A stretch of DNA of 64,000 nt from a virus. A program made the position numbers and the translations under genes. The notes beneath the pieces were generated by a model. That model saw nothing but the letters and a program-made list of their open reading frames with translations, did not search any database and was not told the origin of the DNA. Where the stretch lies: the IMG/VR virus record IMGVR_UViG_3300020048_000024, positions 32,001-96,000 of that record, one strand, 5' to 3'. This document shows positions 24,601 to 31,864 of this stretch, in pieces (position 1 is the stretch's first letter; every line of letters begins with the position of its first letter).

Positions 24601-24665
24601 TGTCACAAACATTGCAAGAAAGTACTACTGTTCCGGCAGAATTCTTAAAACGACAGTCTGCATAA
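12645..24665 (+). CDS. Giant (4006 aa) baseplate wedge/adhesin protein (gp7-like position)
   Basis: Follows gp6-like gene; N-terminal LP.VFRTDTN..FL motif, late 'Y.NEVKPYH.KI' motif, FG-GAP-like repeats, aromatic CBM-like modules; preceded by GATAAGTA late-promoter-like box. Confidence 0.65.
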   Translation: MATQVRTLDFLPEVFRTDTNSQFLAATLDQLVQQPDFTRVEGFIGQKFGYAVEPTDKYVDEPTQSRYNYQLDPSVIFLKDGSQTAKDFINYTGIVSALGNQGAITNNNSRLFENKFYSWDSFADLDMIVNYSQYYWIPNGPDAVTVSTNNIYSLDNYVTVDSTNGYTINGISQKNPTLTLLRGGTYTFQVDQSSSFWIQGAPGLSGYGTNNNISTRDVLGVSNNGIDKGTVTFTVPQKDAQQQYTLPGNNLVDIVSTSQFNQINGQSTTVVTNIDGVTQLDGKTLMFYNNGDLSTQVTYYNITVVANTIVLLPASGIISNQLIISTSGTTYVARNFYRDDTGTIQLIPYISAVLDTLYYQDAANPLNVGRINLIDSNSTNTINISDILGATNYVSPNGVTFINGLKVAFESATIPESYQNNQYYVSGVGSSINLLPVDQYYSFESKGEGIYIPWDFNPWDSTVWDQSIYVPLVSDYLTINRDSRDRNAWSRGNRWFNVQVINATALYNGTATSSTANTPVRAQRPIIQFYGNLGLYNTGTQFLGFVNLFDNTTTDAFLQVAGQTSYTIDGIQLYSGQTVIFNADVNQGVRQSIFEVGFAPIGPDNIEVITLTPTPRIRWWSDEFDTVYDKSLELIAVNNNQVYISSGTKYEGTGWRFSQTFSGVDTDGSWIESQLKSSVNQAPLFDVYDINGYSLSNLAHYPGTTFTGTKLFSYTPGTGANDSVLGFPIAYASTTSIGEILFTVNLNYDTFNYQQGTTTITDNINIGFIYNYISAIESVNQTGYVDAYRPSSQYQVFQFTVAQTIQSTFICDVLVSSNGVVDTHNVYYNDSLLSDSQYSITLNEANNTTLITLITPAVVGSKVTVLLYSDQVSATAYYEIPSNLQNNPFNTNITSVNIGDLKNQYTSIFSNAFGTIGPVFGPNNIYNLGNLSRYSTEIIESSASMVLPGVFLRKPELNVFEALQYNSEQYIEYKTLLVNLTNQNDFSIYTTPSQMLDTIIYQLSTIKNSSDSFFWSDMFPSGSPYVTNKYSYSFPISTVTLPLSKVYSFTSSNYNGVLIYLTTTVNSQSITTQLISGVDYVISDISPQAVVTYNIVDGDVITVNEYNQTYGQYCPNTPTKLGLYKSYIPGIILDTTYTTPTYFILGHDGSYNALYGEYIDNHLTDFRDQVLLEFESRVYNNLKIKSVIPLQAEDVIPGQFRTTDYTWSEIIDIYQTNFLKWVGANRVDYKTQAYTKSNQFTYNYSQSTNKIDGKLLQQGYWRGLYNWFYDTSNPASAPWEMLGFANEPTWWSTRYGVTPYTSDNTLMWTEISEGFIWNNGNSYINPLYIRSGLLSVLPVDSQGKLLPPLPTVVKNYSSLSFQRNWLVGDQGPAETSYLRSSTWPFDLMRLLALTKPAKFFNLFADRDLYVFDEISGQYLYNQRYHLNSRDIEVYGNGTSKASYINWVVDYINQRGVNGANSVTSILQNIDVRLTYNLAGFSSKDYLSFLIEKSTPNSLNSTLLIPDNSYEVLVYNNVPEQQLVYSSIIIQKTSSGYTVWGNSKTNPYFTVAVPSGAGKETVTVGTTSVTVSTSFSNITAFVPYGALYFSVQGVSEFIQTYGQYLIDSGMKFEYTANSITYNWQNMIRQFINWTQQYWEIGSTVSLNPAAKLLQVISPGLAVRPLNGQTNFILNQNLLPLQNQNVSVVRENESFSVQVLSDGDTIALSNLNLASIESAVIFDNYTVFNDTIYDLITGLRQDRLLLQGFKSSNWTGYMNAPGFIISQNNIQDWEPYVKYPQGSVITFKGNYWTAIELVQPNSEFSQEQWKYVEQNQIQFGLLNNPSTNAYESLYYYDTKNPSLSNDKDLLAYSLIGYRPRQYLEDADLSLITQVNVYQNLIQKKGTNLIANSFKSANLLQGQIDYDVKENWIIKTGSFGTISNSNFVEARLNQTLLTGNPTILAFTENSVPVTGAAQNVNVSDLINWNTEPTSQYFLPELSYQYNNERGLPSAGYVNLRDITFTTFNLTDLNNNSESVNTLYRSNIIWVANYMGSWDVFTPVPIGSQITQISNNLNGTVTVTFGKYHGLSKYDPFVIFQMDPAVNGYYQVAEVVSATSVVIGLVLSSNNLLIFGPGLAFKLISRRFAQASEQVFDTIQYSEFYSKNSWIDENTDGQWAVWTAAPIYSSTQLTLPSESSAIDFGTAVAYSSNVGSAIADSSAGIIYRFYQDSNGADKVQTIVVANSAIITNMTAVGSYLFASDSLNGKVYVYELNIANQLTKIDSISIVNTGAIAVSTDVQWLYIANSTIKTIYIYSLNDSTSTYQLINTIVGPSNATGFGTSIATSIDGTKLIVGAPYQDLPTTNFTLNDSGAVYVYSKSYENFFSTGSNTYSTYYSIPGNIADVYINDVLITTGVTIYGSNVTFDTTPEYGSIVTVSYGHMTAVQTMLSARPIIGGNFGLSVATNKYGAQILIGTPFELSTANNTPNVQGAVYRWTNSGQQYGSIIGTVSSSTSGVLFLDGYIVNFNGLAADIAEQINVQTPRNIKAVAVDNTLQIGIINGTQQYINNVIDIVATESVLAQLGITVYTNTQVIVSPTLLSIGAFGTTLSMGNDNSLIVTDPIAAPLSETTFDYSAENQSISDLSNYTIFDNGSTTFVDSFGQLGVVYEFNYLPAYNESITNSGNYVFGQYIQTIDKVGISKSPNFGTSIVNNDGIIVVASSTWYENGDGLVLKFSPVTEATSWYLDKTPLTLVDVHKLNYISIYDTITNESINYLDYIDPVQGKQLAAVEINLDYIQSTDPASYVQGLIWTIKQVGSTWLDTTNLRMLNYNQPDIEYNSKIWGQAFPGSLADIYTWVQSSVPPINWISGGIVVNYNSYNTIMVMNNSSNSMVSNYFFWVKNLNEISPTKTLSPLTVSQYVLNPLNSGISYLAALTTNVVALMNTSVSVRSNSSALHIGYSTGNNSDEKHTSWTLIQENNASSFLPGLPVSINLAPTGLYSKYIDSFCGQNEFGYYIPNTKQPLLTQFGIDYYQSMYVNRLTALTNYIQYANNILIQLPIAETRNFYFLNKTGASYDTTRFWEYTDWWASGYDSSTIAVVEVEYYADLQTIAVNQLISDNATLILGLQDGLIARVTRSNSGNSQTYVYNAATGWVLIGIQNGTIQLLSTLYTDPYGWDSTSYDTAPFDATYSQETYNIIRWLNEQCYINELQIERNNSLILMFNYMTSESLEQQNYLTWLNKTSLIDVSHKVRELLPYKKYQADNQEFLAGYLNEVKPYHVKINDFLFTYPGIDVYDGFVSDFDLPAQYYSRNGQFESPILVYTSTNTLNEYLPTSDIWQQQEYTNWFSNYGLSVNNENLINNITQSSADISSSSLIIPVKNSYGFPISGTIIIGAEKISYSSVNHITSELIVINRGLDNTVATAHLANSSINASLPAIIIIDGGRGYVEPPIVNVAIDTIQYPSPRTPTVLSSVVSDGKVNSITVVDAGSGYATAPTITIAASSINAVFDDTDIDLITNTITISNHPFITGDSITYRYDSVTTVAPVGLTNNSYYYIRSIDVDTIALYYSLRGAYDLDKVLEYDTDRVELITVGSGPDNILAVTAKAIAFNGGRPVREVSTTIKFDRISYGSNVAPWGGGITYIALVSLVTYAGKLWQCINSNTSPKFNYDNWVQIYSDNRILNAADRVAAFYDPTANMSGNDIRQLMTGVEYPNSNILGPSFNYGLKTWDTTGWDANLWDQDVTFSVDSNIISPTFSYDPLTNPNVYDIQGGRFEDGYGPEELVPGLVIDDLEFNVTTDPDTLPIGQYLDFRISVNKYGAGTVYNTNPFTQTSLSHDFVSKNGLGDVLYVENASRLVSVTDQIVTTNSSGVVMIECNLSEMTAPIEIHIPNTFTYRTLFNNYVELTIDGITSPTEIVVTTTIGNMLLLNSEYIQFSLIDIVANTVTGLSRGRKNSITNSFVAIGTIVQSVLDRDKLDQQYYDQWWYDINGWDGSNWDMDLWDQYFMSQTLQESTTVPAEFLKRQSA

Positions 24666-24680
24666 TGACTAAATAATATA

Positions 24681-24821
24681 ATGAATGATACAGTTAAGCC
24701 CATTGTAACGTCGCCGCCTACTAAGAAACCTAATGAAAATGTTGGATTTCGTTTTAGTAGCGCGGTGACAATAAAAGACCCAGAAACCAACAAAGTGTTG
24801 GTTCAATTAAGATGTAGTTAA
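24681..24821 (+). CDS. Small hypothetical (46 aa) virion-associated protein, not in ORF track
   Basis: MNDTVKPIVTSPPTKKPNENVGFRFSSAVTIKDPETNKVLVQLRCS; fills the intergenic gap, 5 nt after CTAAATA box; its IKDPETNKV resembles IYDPNTGEV at start of next gene. Confidence 0.7.
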   Translation: MNDTVKPIVTSPPTKKPNENVGFRFSSAVTIKDPETNKVLVQLRCS

Positions 24822-24832
24822 CGGATAAAAAT

Positions 24833-25450
24833 ATGAAGACAAACATTACATTAGATGTACGAGGATTTCTTAAGATATATGATCCCAATACGGGAGAAGT
24901 ATTTGAAGAAAAGAATAATGCCATAAATTATGAAACAATGTCACAATCATTAGCTCTTTCGCTAAGTGATCGTGGATATGGGCAAATTTATCAAATGGCA
25001 TTTGGTAACGGTGCTGCTAGTATTGACAGCACTGGATTAATTACCTATCTACCTCCAAACGTAACTGGAACCAATGCTTCGCTTTACAATCAAACTTATG
25101 AAAAAATCGTCGATGATACACTGATTAGCAATTCTGACCCACTAAACAATAATATGACTATTAATCATGTAGTAGGTACAATGTATACTGACATTTTAGT
25201 AAAGTGTTTATTAAATTACGGAGAGCCAAGTGGTCAAATGGCATTCGATAATGGAACTCAGAGCGACAGTACATACACGTTTGATGAATTAGGATTATTA
25301 GCTAATTACGGACTAGATCAAGAGGGAAATATTCAAACAGTGTTATTAACACATGTAGTATTTGCCCCAATTCAAAAAGCACTCAATCGTCAAATTCAAA
25401 TTGATTATACAGTTAGAATTCAAGCACTAACCAACTTAATAACAATTTAA
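24833..25450 (+). CDS. Baseplate/tail structural protein
   Basis: 205 aa; MAFGNG, FDELGL, LLTHVVF.PIQK..NR.IQIDYTVRI motifs like phage baseplate/fibre-attachment proteins; operon context. Confidence 0.5.
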   Translation: MKTNITLDVRGFLKIYDPNTGEVFEEKNNAINYETMSQSLALSLSDRGYGQIYQMAFGNGAASIDSTGLITYLPPNVTGTNASLYNQTYEKIVDDTLISNSDPLNNNMTINHVVGTMYTDILVKCLLNYGEPSGQMAFDNGTQSDSTYTFDELGLLANYGLDQEGNIQTVLLTHVVFAPIQKALNRQIQIDYTVRIQALTNLITI

Positions 25451-25503
25451 TTATGATAAATAAACATATATATTTTAAACACACCAAAGGAAATATCTAG
25501 ATC

Positions 25504-26379
25504 ATGGCCTATACACTTACCTACTCTTTAGGAACTATAACGGTTGTAGACACAACCATTAATACATCCACCAGTTTAAATTTACCCGGAAGAAATTTTT
25601 CTGGATATGGGTCAGCCGTTGATCAGAATCAATTATCTCTACTAGAGAATTTTGCTAGTTATACAGCTGGTCCGGTAAATCCAATACCGGGACAAACATG
25701 GTATGATAATGCCAACACTACTTTAACTCTTAATACTAGTGCAAATTTAGTTCCAATTTGGACTCCATTACTAATTAGTGATGCGAATACTAATGCTACA
25801 TTTGGAAATATAACAGTGACTGATACTGGAATATTTGGAAATATAACTGTTCTAGATACAGGGACCGTAGCTAATTTATCTGTTACTGGAACATTAAACA
25901 CACGAGTAATTACCACAGGTGGTAATACTATCACTGGAACTATAACTGGTTTATGGACACTAACAGCAGGTAGCACATTGAATGCTACTTATGCCGACTT
26001 AGGCGAACGATTTGAAGCAGATTCAGAATATGAACCGGGCACAGTTATGGAACTAGGCGGTGACAAAGAAATTACCGCGGTTCGTGAAGATTTGAGTGAC
26101 ACAGTGTTTGGAGTTATTTCTGGAACTGCTGGCTATTTAATGAACTCATCGGCAGGAACAGACAAAACTCATCCAGCAATTGCAATGACAGGGCGAGTTG
26201 ATGTTAGAGTTCGAGGTGTAGTTCTTAAAGGCGATAGATTAGTTTCAGCTGGTAATGGTTACGCTAGAGCCGCTAAGAAAAATGAAGCTACGTCGTTTAA
26301 CACTGTCGGACGTAGTTTACAAGATAAATTAACTGAAATTGACGGAAAAGTATTAGCAGCAGTAAGTGCGAAACTTTAA
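25504..26379 (+). CDS. Tail fibre-like protein with C-terminal chaperone-like domain
   Basis: L.GRN..GYG...N...LLENFA...P..P..GQ.WYD N-terminal fibre module; C-terminal YADLGERFEAD..YEPGTV...GG..EIT / A..GRV.V.V.G...KGDRLVS domain common at ends of phage fibres. Confidence 0.65.
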   Translation: MAYTLTYSLGTITVVDTTINTSTSLNLPGRNFSGYGSAVDQNQLSLLENFASYTAGPVNPIPGQTWYDNANTTLTLNTSANLVPIWTPLLISDANTNATFGNITVTDTGIFGNITVLDTGTVANLSVTGTLNTRVITTGGNTITGTITGLWTLTAGSTLNATYADLGERFEADSEYEPGTVMELGGDKEITAVREDLSDTVFGVISGTAGYLMNSSAGTDKTHPAIAMTGRVDVRVRGVVLKGDRLVSAGNGYARAAKKNEATSFNTVGRSLQDKLTEIDGKVLAAVSAKL

Positions 26380-26403
26380 TATCAATCAACCTGGACAAGA
26401 ATA

Positions 26404-27321
26404 ATGACATATGCACAAGGGGGATTGATACAGGCTACAGACTATAATACGTTTGTTACTACTGGATCCCCAAATCTTAATAATATTTGGTCTACTGGCT
26501 CAGCTAATAGTGGATACGGCCAACCTGTAGTGTCTACGGTCTCGTCTGGAGATATTGTACGAGCCGCTGAATGGGGTAATTTGATTAATTTTACTTCAAA
26601 CTCAGCACTACATCAAGGATCAACTATCACCTCTGTTACCGCTCCTCCAGTTGGTAATATTATTGCATATATTGCAGCACTTAGTACAAATTTAGTCACC
26701 ATTAATACTAATAGATTAAACGCAGCAACAGTAGGTACTGACATTACGACAACAGGAACTAGATCGGCTAATTGGGGATCAAACATAGCTATTCCCACAG
26801 TTACTAGTACTGTAACCGTTACTTTCGCGTCAGTTAATCAAGCAAGATATTATTTTAATGCTGGCGGCGCAGTACTTGTAAACTGTAGTAGAAGTGGCGG
26901 GTCAGGAAATACAGATGATTTGGCATGGTCTAGCTTATGTACTAGCATTGGATCACTTGGATTGCCAGCGGCCAACACTGCTCAAAGTATAGCATCGACA
27001 TCGTACTTAGGATTAACCAAATTTTCTGGATCAGGCACTTCAACTATATATGTTCGTAGTGGATTTTATAATTTAACTAGCACTCCTGTAATATTATTTA
27101 AACAATATGCTAGTGGCGGGTCTTATACATCAGATTATATTCAATTAAGCTACAGTACTACCGGCAGTGTATTGACAATAACTGTACAATTCACTGATGC
27201 AGACAGTGTGTTTCCAATTACAGGTAATTTAGCGGTCACTGCAATTGCTAGACAACCAGAAAGCACTTATATAACTAATAGCTGGGGAACTCCAGTAGTC
27301 TCGGTAACAGTTCCAGCATAA
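26404..27321 (+). CDS. Virion structural protein (fibre-associated)
   Basis: Thr/Ser-rich beta-type 305 aa; MTY..GGLI.ATDYN, GYGQ, ARYYFNAGG motifs; end of tail operon. Confidence 0.5.
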   Translation: MTYAQGGLIQATDYNTFVTTGSPNLNNIWSTGSANSGYGQPVVSTVSSGDIVRAAEWGNLINFTSNSALHQGSTITSVTAPPVGNIIAYIAALSTNLVTINTNRLNAATVGTDITTTGTRSANWGSNIAIPTVTSTVTVTFASVNQARYYFNAGGAVLVNCSRSGGSGNTDDLAWSSLCTSIGSLGLPAANTAQSIASTSYLGLTKFSGSGTSTIYVRSGFYNLTSTPVILFKQYASGGSYTSDYIQLSYSTTGSVLTITVQFTDADSVFPITGNLAVTAIARQPESTYITNSWGTPVVSVTVPA

Positions 27322-27358
27322 AATTTAACATTCATCTATATTCTGAATAAGTATGTAG

Positions 27359-27667
27359 ATGAATGTTAACACAATCAAAAAAATCTCCAAAACTCGTTAT
27401 TTACATCAGTCGGCAAAATTATCGACTAAAGAAAATCATCTTGCTAAATTAATATTAACGACTCAGAATGGTAGTTGGCAAGTAACTCAAGAACTTATTG
27501 CATTTTTGTCAGTTGAACAATTTGGAGAAACTGTAATACTCTTAGATATGTATGATAATCCTGTTCGGGTCAATCGTCAACATATGTTCAAGTTGGCATC
27601 CGATCTTTATGAAACAGTCATGAACGATTGGTATCGTACAGTAAACACAATAAACAATCAACGATGA
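27359..27667 (+). CDS. Hypothetical protein
   Basis: 102-aa ORF 5 nt downstream of ATAAGTA box; ATGA-coupled to next gene. Confidence 0.6.
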   Translation: MNVNTIKKISKTRYLHQSAKLSTKENHLAKLILTTQNGSWQVTQELIAFLSVEQFGETVILLDMYDNPVRVNRQHMFKLASDLYETVMNDWYRTVNTINNQR

Positions 27668-28473
27668 CAAAGGGCGTATTACTATTCGCGGTAGATACAA
27701 ATACTCGTTCGTATACGGAAATGGCAAAATATTGCGCAAAGAAAATTAAAAAATATCTTAATCTTCCAATCACATTAGTAACCGACACTAATATAACCGA
27801 TTCAATATTTGACACTGTTATTAATATTGAGTCAATAGACGCACAACGTAGAGAAATAAGTAATACTGGCGTAATCGAACAATGGAAAAATTTTGGTCGA
27901 TATCGAGCGTATGAGCTTAGTCCATATGATATAACATTGTTATTAGATACTGATTACATATGTGGCAGCGATCAATTGCTCAAATTGTTTGACTTTGATC
28001 AAGATTTTATGTGTCATAAACATAGAGTGTATCTTGGCACACACGTAATGTCGAATCATATTGAATTATTTGGAAACAATATTGAAATGTATTGGGCTAC
28101 TGTAATTAAATTTACTAAGTCAGTAGAATCTAAGTGTGTATTTGATATGATGAAAATGATTCAAGAGAATTATATTCATTATTCCAGACTATATAAATTC
28201 AAATCATCTCCATATAGAAATGATTATGCATTGTCAATAGCATTAAACACTGTATACGGTCATTATATACCAAAAGAAATTGAAATACCGTGGAAATTAA
28301 TGAATGTGGAATTTACAACTGATATTAAATATCGAGATGAGACTAGTTGGCAATTGGAATTTGACAAAACAAACGAAGGTCAAACCAAGCGATTTAAAAT
28401 AACTACTCACGAGCAAGACTTACATATGTTGAACAAAGATTCTTTGTTTTCAATCATCAAGAATAGCAAATGA
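27664..28473 (+). CDS. Glycosyltransferase (GT-A fold, GT8-like)
   Basis: Start moved to ATG 27664 (ATGA overlap); ELSPYDITLLLDTDY with DxD; RND.ALSIA motif. Confidence 0.65.
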   Translation: MTKGVLLFAVDTNTRSYTEMAKYCAKKIKKYLNLPITLVTDTNITDSIFDTVINIESIDAQRREISNTGVIEQWKNFGRYRAYELSPYDITLLLDTDYICGSDQLLKLFDFDQDFMCHKHRVYLGTHVMSNHIELFGNNIEMYWATVIKFTKSVESKCVFDMMKMIQENYIHYSRLYKFKSSPYRNDYALSIALNTVYGHYIPKEIEIPWKLMNVEFTTDIKYRDETSWQLEFDKTNEGQTKRFKITTHEQDLHMLNKDSLFSIIKNSK

Positions 28474-29237
28474 CACAGGGTTATGTCATTCATGCAGCTA
28501 ATACAAACGGCGTAGATTACGAAGCGTGTGCTAGAGTACTGATTAAGTCATTGCGAGCGGTAGGTGACACCAGACCGGTTCAGGTGATATCAAAATATGT
28601 TACTGATAAAGTTAGTAGCAAGACTCACGGAGCATACGCCGATGATTGGCAAACGTATACATGTTCTCCATATGACGAAACGTTTAAATTAGAATCAGAC
28701 ATGATTGTTACTCGTTCATTAGACAGTTGGTGGGAACTATGTAAACATCGAGACTTATTCATTGCCACTGGTTGTAGAGATTATAAGCAACAATTATCCT
28801 ATAGTAGATATTATCGTCGATTTAACGACGAGAATTTATTACCAGACGTATATAATGGAATTACGTATTTCAAAAAGTCTGTAATTGCAAAGAAATTCTA
28901 TACTATAGTCAAAAGTATTTTTAAGAATTGGAAAGATATTAACGCTAGTCTGAAATTCCCGTCTGTGCTAGAATACGGTGATACTGATTCAGTATATGCA
29001 CTTGCGGCAGCAATCATAGGAGTAGAAAAATGTACTATGCCAAACAATATTGTACAATGGGTTCATATGAAACAGTATATTAATAATACTATATCTGATA
29101 ACTGGACTAAAGAATTGGTATGGGAATTAATCAATACCGATTTCAGAATTGATACATACAGTCAAATGTACCCAGTTCACTATCACGTAAAAGAATTAGC
29201 AAAATTACTTGAGCCTATATACGATGAGCAAGTATAG
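28470..29237 (+). CDS. Glycosyltransferase-like protein (paralog of upstream gene)
   Basis: SPYDETFKLESDM aligns with SPYDITLLLDTDY (ExD instead of DxD); YNGITYFKKS, TD..YALA. Confidence 0.55.
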   Translation: MTQGYVIHAANTNGVDYEACARVLIKSLRAVGDTRPVQVISKYVTDKVSSKTHGAYADDWQTYTCSPYDETFKLESDMIVTRSLDSWWELCKHRDLFIATGCRDYKQQLSYSRYYRRFNDENLLPDVYNGITYFKKSVIAKKFYTIVKSIFKNWKDINASLKFPSVLEYGDTDSVYALAAAIIGVEKCTMPNNIVQWVHMKQYINNTISDNWTKELVWELINTDFRIDTYSQMYPVHYHVKELAKLLEPIYDEQV

Positions 29238-29514
29238 ACTATACTATCATGATGATGGAAGTCCATTGCATTATAGTATGGAAGACTTACCGGGTAAATT
29301 TATATACGTAGATCAAAACGTGTATCAATCTAGCAGATATGATGTTAAAGTAATAGCTGGTATATTAAAATCATTGAACGAACTTAATATATTTAAATAT
29401 GTCAAAGTCAATTCAGAATCTGATACTACTGTCAGAACTGATCCAACTGATATTACATTAATCGTCGATTCATTAAGTGATCATATTTTAATGGACTACA
29501 TATCTGCTGACTAA
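29224..29514 (+). CDS. Hypothetical protein
   Basis: Likely start ATG 29224 (MSKYRLYYHDDG..); within GT operon. Confidence 0.55.
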   Translation: MSKYRLYYHDDGSPLHYSMEDLPGKFIYVDQNVYQSSRYDVKVIAGILKSLNELNIFKYVKVNSESDTTVRTDPTDITLIVDSLSDHILMDYISAD

Positions 29515-29522
29515 ATAATCTC

Positions 29523-30461
29523 ATGAATGAGATTATTGAATATATAGATGTCGCTGATCTAGATGTAATATTTCTTAGTTATGATGAGCCAAAAAAAGAA
29601 GAATTTTGGTTAAAAATCAAAAATATGGTACCGTGGGCAAAACGAGTAGACAATGTTTACGGAAGCGACGCTGCTCATAAAGCAGCAGCTAAATTATCAG
29701 AAACTGAAAGATTTATACTAGTAGATGGAGATAATTATCCAGAAGAAAGATTTTTTGATCTAACATTAGAACTCACTGAGCAGAATCGATACGATCAAAT
29801 GCGTTGGCGCGCCAAAAATCATGTCAATGGTCTGTACTATGGCAATGGTGGTATGAGTAGCTGGACTAAAACTTTTGTTAATAATATGAGAACTCATGAG
29901 AACACTGATGGGCGAGAAGAGACTAACATAGAATTTTGTTTTGATCCAAAATACATTGCAATGCATGATTGCTATAGTACAACATTTATTAATCATAGTC
30001 CAAAGCAAGCATGGAGAGCGGGCTTCAGAGAGGGTGTGAAAATGTGTACTAGAAATGGTGTTATACCCGCTAGTAGACAAGAATTTCTGAAATGGGTATG
30101 GCCTAGCAATATGAATAATCTTAGCATATGGCATACAATTGGTCGTGACGTTGAGAACGGATTTTGGGCAATGTTAGGTGCTAGACTAGGTACTCATTAT
30201 CTGATGTTACGTGAAGAATGGGATCATACTGATGTTCGTGACTTCAACAAACTAGACGAATTATGGGAATTACATAAAAACTACGATGATCAAATTTCCA
30301 TTGACATTGCTAAAGACTTGAACAAGTATCTCGGCACTAATATTGTCGAATTTGATTCAGAGCAAAGTAAGTTTTTTAAAGATTACATTAGTAAGAATTG
30401 GCACAATCGTGGACCAATGATTACCGAAATGTCAGTAATACGAGAGCAAGAAGGCTGGTAA
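29523..30461 (+). CDS. Glycosyltransferase-like protein (GT-A)
   Basis: DVIFLSYDEP, RVD.V.GSDAAHKAAA, FILVDGDN (DxD), N.VNGL.YGNGG, AWRAGFREGVK. Confidence 0.6.
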   Translation: MNEIIEYIDVADLDVIFLSYDEPKKEEFWLKIKNMVPWAKRVDNVYGSDAAHKAAAKLSETERFILVDGDNYPEERFFDLTLELTEQNRYDQMRWRAKNHVNGLYYGNGGMSSWTKTFVNNMRTHENTDGREETNIEFCFDPKYIAMHDCYSTTFINHSPKQAWRAGFREGVKMCTRNGVIPASRQEFLKWVWPSNMNNLSIWHTIGRDVENGFWAMLGARLGTHYLMLREEWDHTDVRDFNKLDELWELHKNYDDQISIDIAKDLNKYLGTNIVEFDSEQSKFFKDYISKNWHNRGPMITEMSVIREQEGW

Positions 30462-31864
30462 TGGATGAGTTTGGAACAGTAAATGATCGTAAGCTTCAGA
30501 CAATCGAGTTTAGAGATAAAATAAATTCTATAAGTCCTAGTTTTTGTGTGGCTAAATGGAAACAAGTGACCATACATTTACATAATGGACGAACACATAG
30601 TTGTCATCATCCATCGTCACATAGAATTCCACTTGAAGAAATCAAAATTGATAGTTCTGCGCTGCACAATACTAAATTTAAACAATCTCAGCAACAATTA
30701 ATGATCAATGGAAAACGTCCAAGTGAATGTGATTACTGCTGGAAAGTAGAAGATGGAGATCCAGAGGGTCATGTATTCAGTGATAGAATAATGAAAAGCA
30801 TGGATCATTGGGCTAAGCCATACATCAATGATATTATTGAAAACCCTTCTAAGTTACAAGATCCTAGTTATTTAGAAGTAAGCTTTTCTAGCGTGTGTAA
30901 TTTTAAATGCAGCTACTGTGGTCCAGAAGTCAGTAGTAAGTGGATGGAAGAGATTCAAGAACACGGTCCCTATCCTACTAGTACAAAATTCAATGACGTG
31001 TCATGGATGAAAAATCAAAATCGGTTACCGTACTTAGAACGAGAAGATAATCCATATGTTAATGCATTCTGGACTTGGTTGCCTGACTTATATCTAAATT
31101 TAAAAGTACTAAGAGTTACTGGAGGAGAACCTTTATTAACTAAGCATACTTTTAAGTTAATGGAATATATTCTAGCGAATCCTAGAACAGAACTAGAGTT
31201 AAACATTAATAGCAACTTATGCGTTCCTGATAAATTAATGGATAAATTTATAAATTTATTAACACAAATTCAAGATCAGAATGCAGTTGGTACACTTAAA
31301 ATTTATACAAGTTGTGAGGCGTATGGCGAAAAAGCAGAGTACATTAGACATGGATTAGATTATAATCAATGGTTGTCTAATTGTCATCGTATAATGAAAG
31401 AAGTTCCTAAATGTAAATTAACGGTTATGAGCACTTATAATGCTTTGAGTGTGACTAGCTTTAAGCAATTTCTTGAAGACATGTTGAAATTCAGATTAGA
31501 GTATACTAATGAACAAGAACGTCATCCAATTGGAATTGACATACCATATTTACGTTGGCCTCCACATCAATCAATTGACATTTTGCCTGACGAATATGGT
31601 GACATGATTTCAGATCAACTTAAATTCATGATTGACAATCAGCAACAAACTCACGTTCCTGAACTATGTGGTCGTGGGTTTTATGATTATGAAATAAATC
31701 GAATGGCTAGAATATTATCGGTATTCAATGACAGAAAGAGTATAAAACAAGATCAACAAGATTTTATAAAATTTGTTGATGAACACGACAACAGAAGAGG
31801 AACAGATTTCTTAAAAACTTTTCCTGAAATGCAAGATGTATATACCAACTTTAGGACTATATGA
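30461..31864 (+). CDS. Radical SAM enzyme with N-terminal Cys-rich (twitch/SPASM-like) domain
   Basis: CNFKCSYC (CxxxCxxC), TGGEPLL; N-terminal C.AKW...HSCHH...ECDYCW; start at ATG 30461 overlapping upstream TAA. Confidence 0.85.
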   Translation: MDEFGTVNDRKLQTIEFRDKINSISPSFCVAKWKQVTIHLHNGRTHSCHHPSSHRIPLEEIKIDSSALHNTKFKQSQQQLMINGKRPSECDYCWKVEDGDPEGHVFSDRIMKSMDHWAKPYINDIIENPSKLQDPSYLEVSFSSVCNFKCSYCGPEVSSKWMEEIQEHGPYPTSTKFNDVSWMKNQNRLPYLEREDNPYVNAFWTWLPDLYLNLKVLRVTGGEPLLTKHTFKLMEYILANPRTELELNINSNLCVPDKLMDKFINLLTQIQDQNAVGTLKIYTSCEAYGEKAEYIRHGLDYNQWLSNCHRIMKEVPKCKLTVMSTYNALSVTSFKQFLEDMLKFRLEYTNEQERHPIGIDIPYLRWPPHQSIDILPDEYGDMISDQLKFMIDNQQQTHVPELCGRGFYDYEINRMARILSVFNDRKSIKQDQQDFIKFVDEHDNRRGTDFLKTFPEMQDVYTNFRTI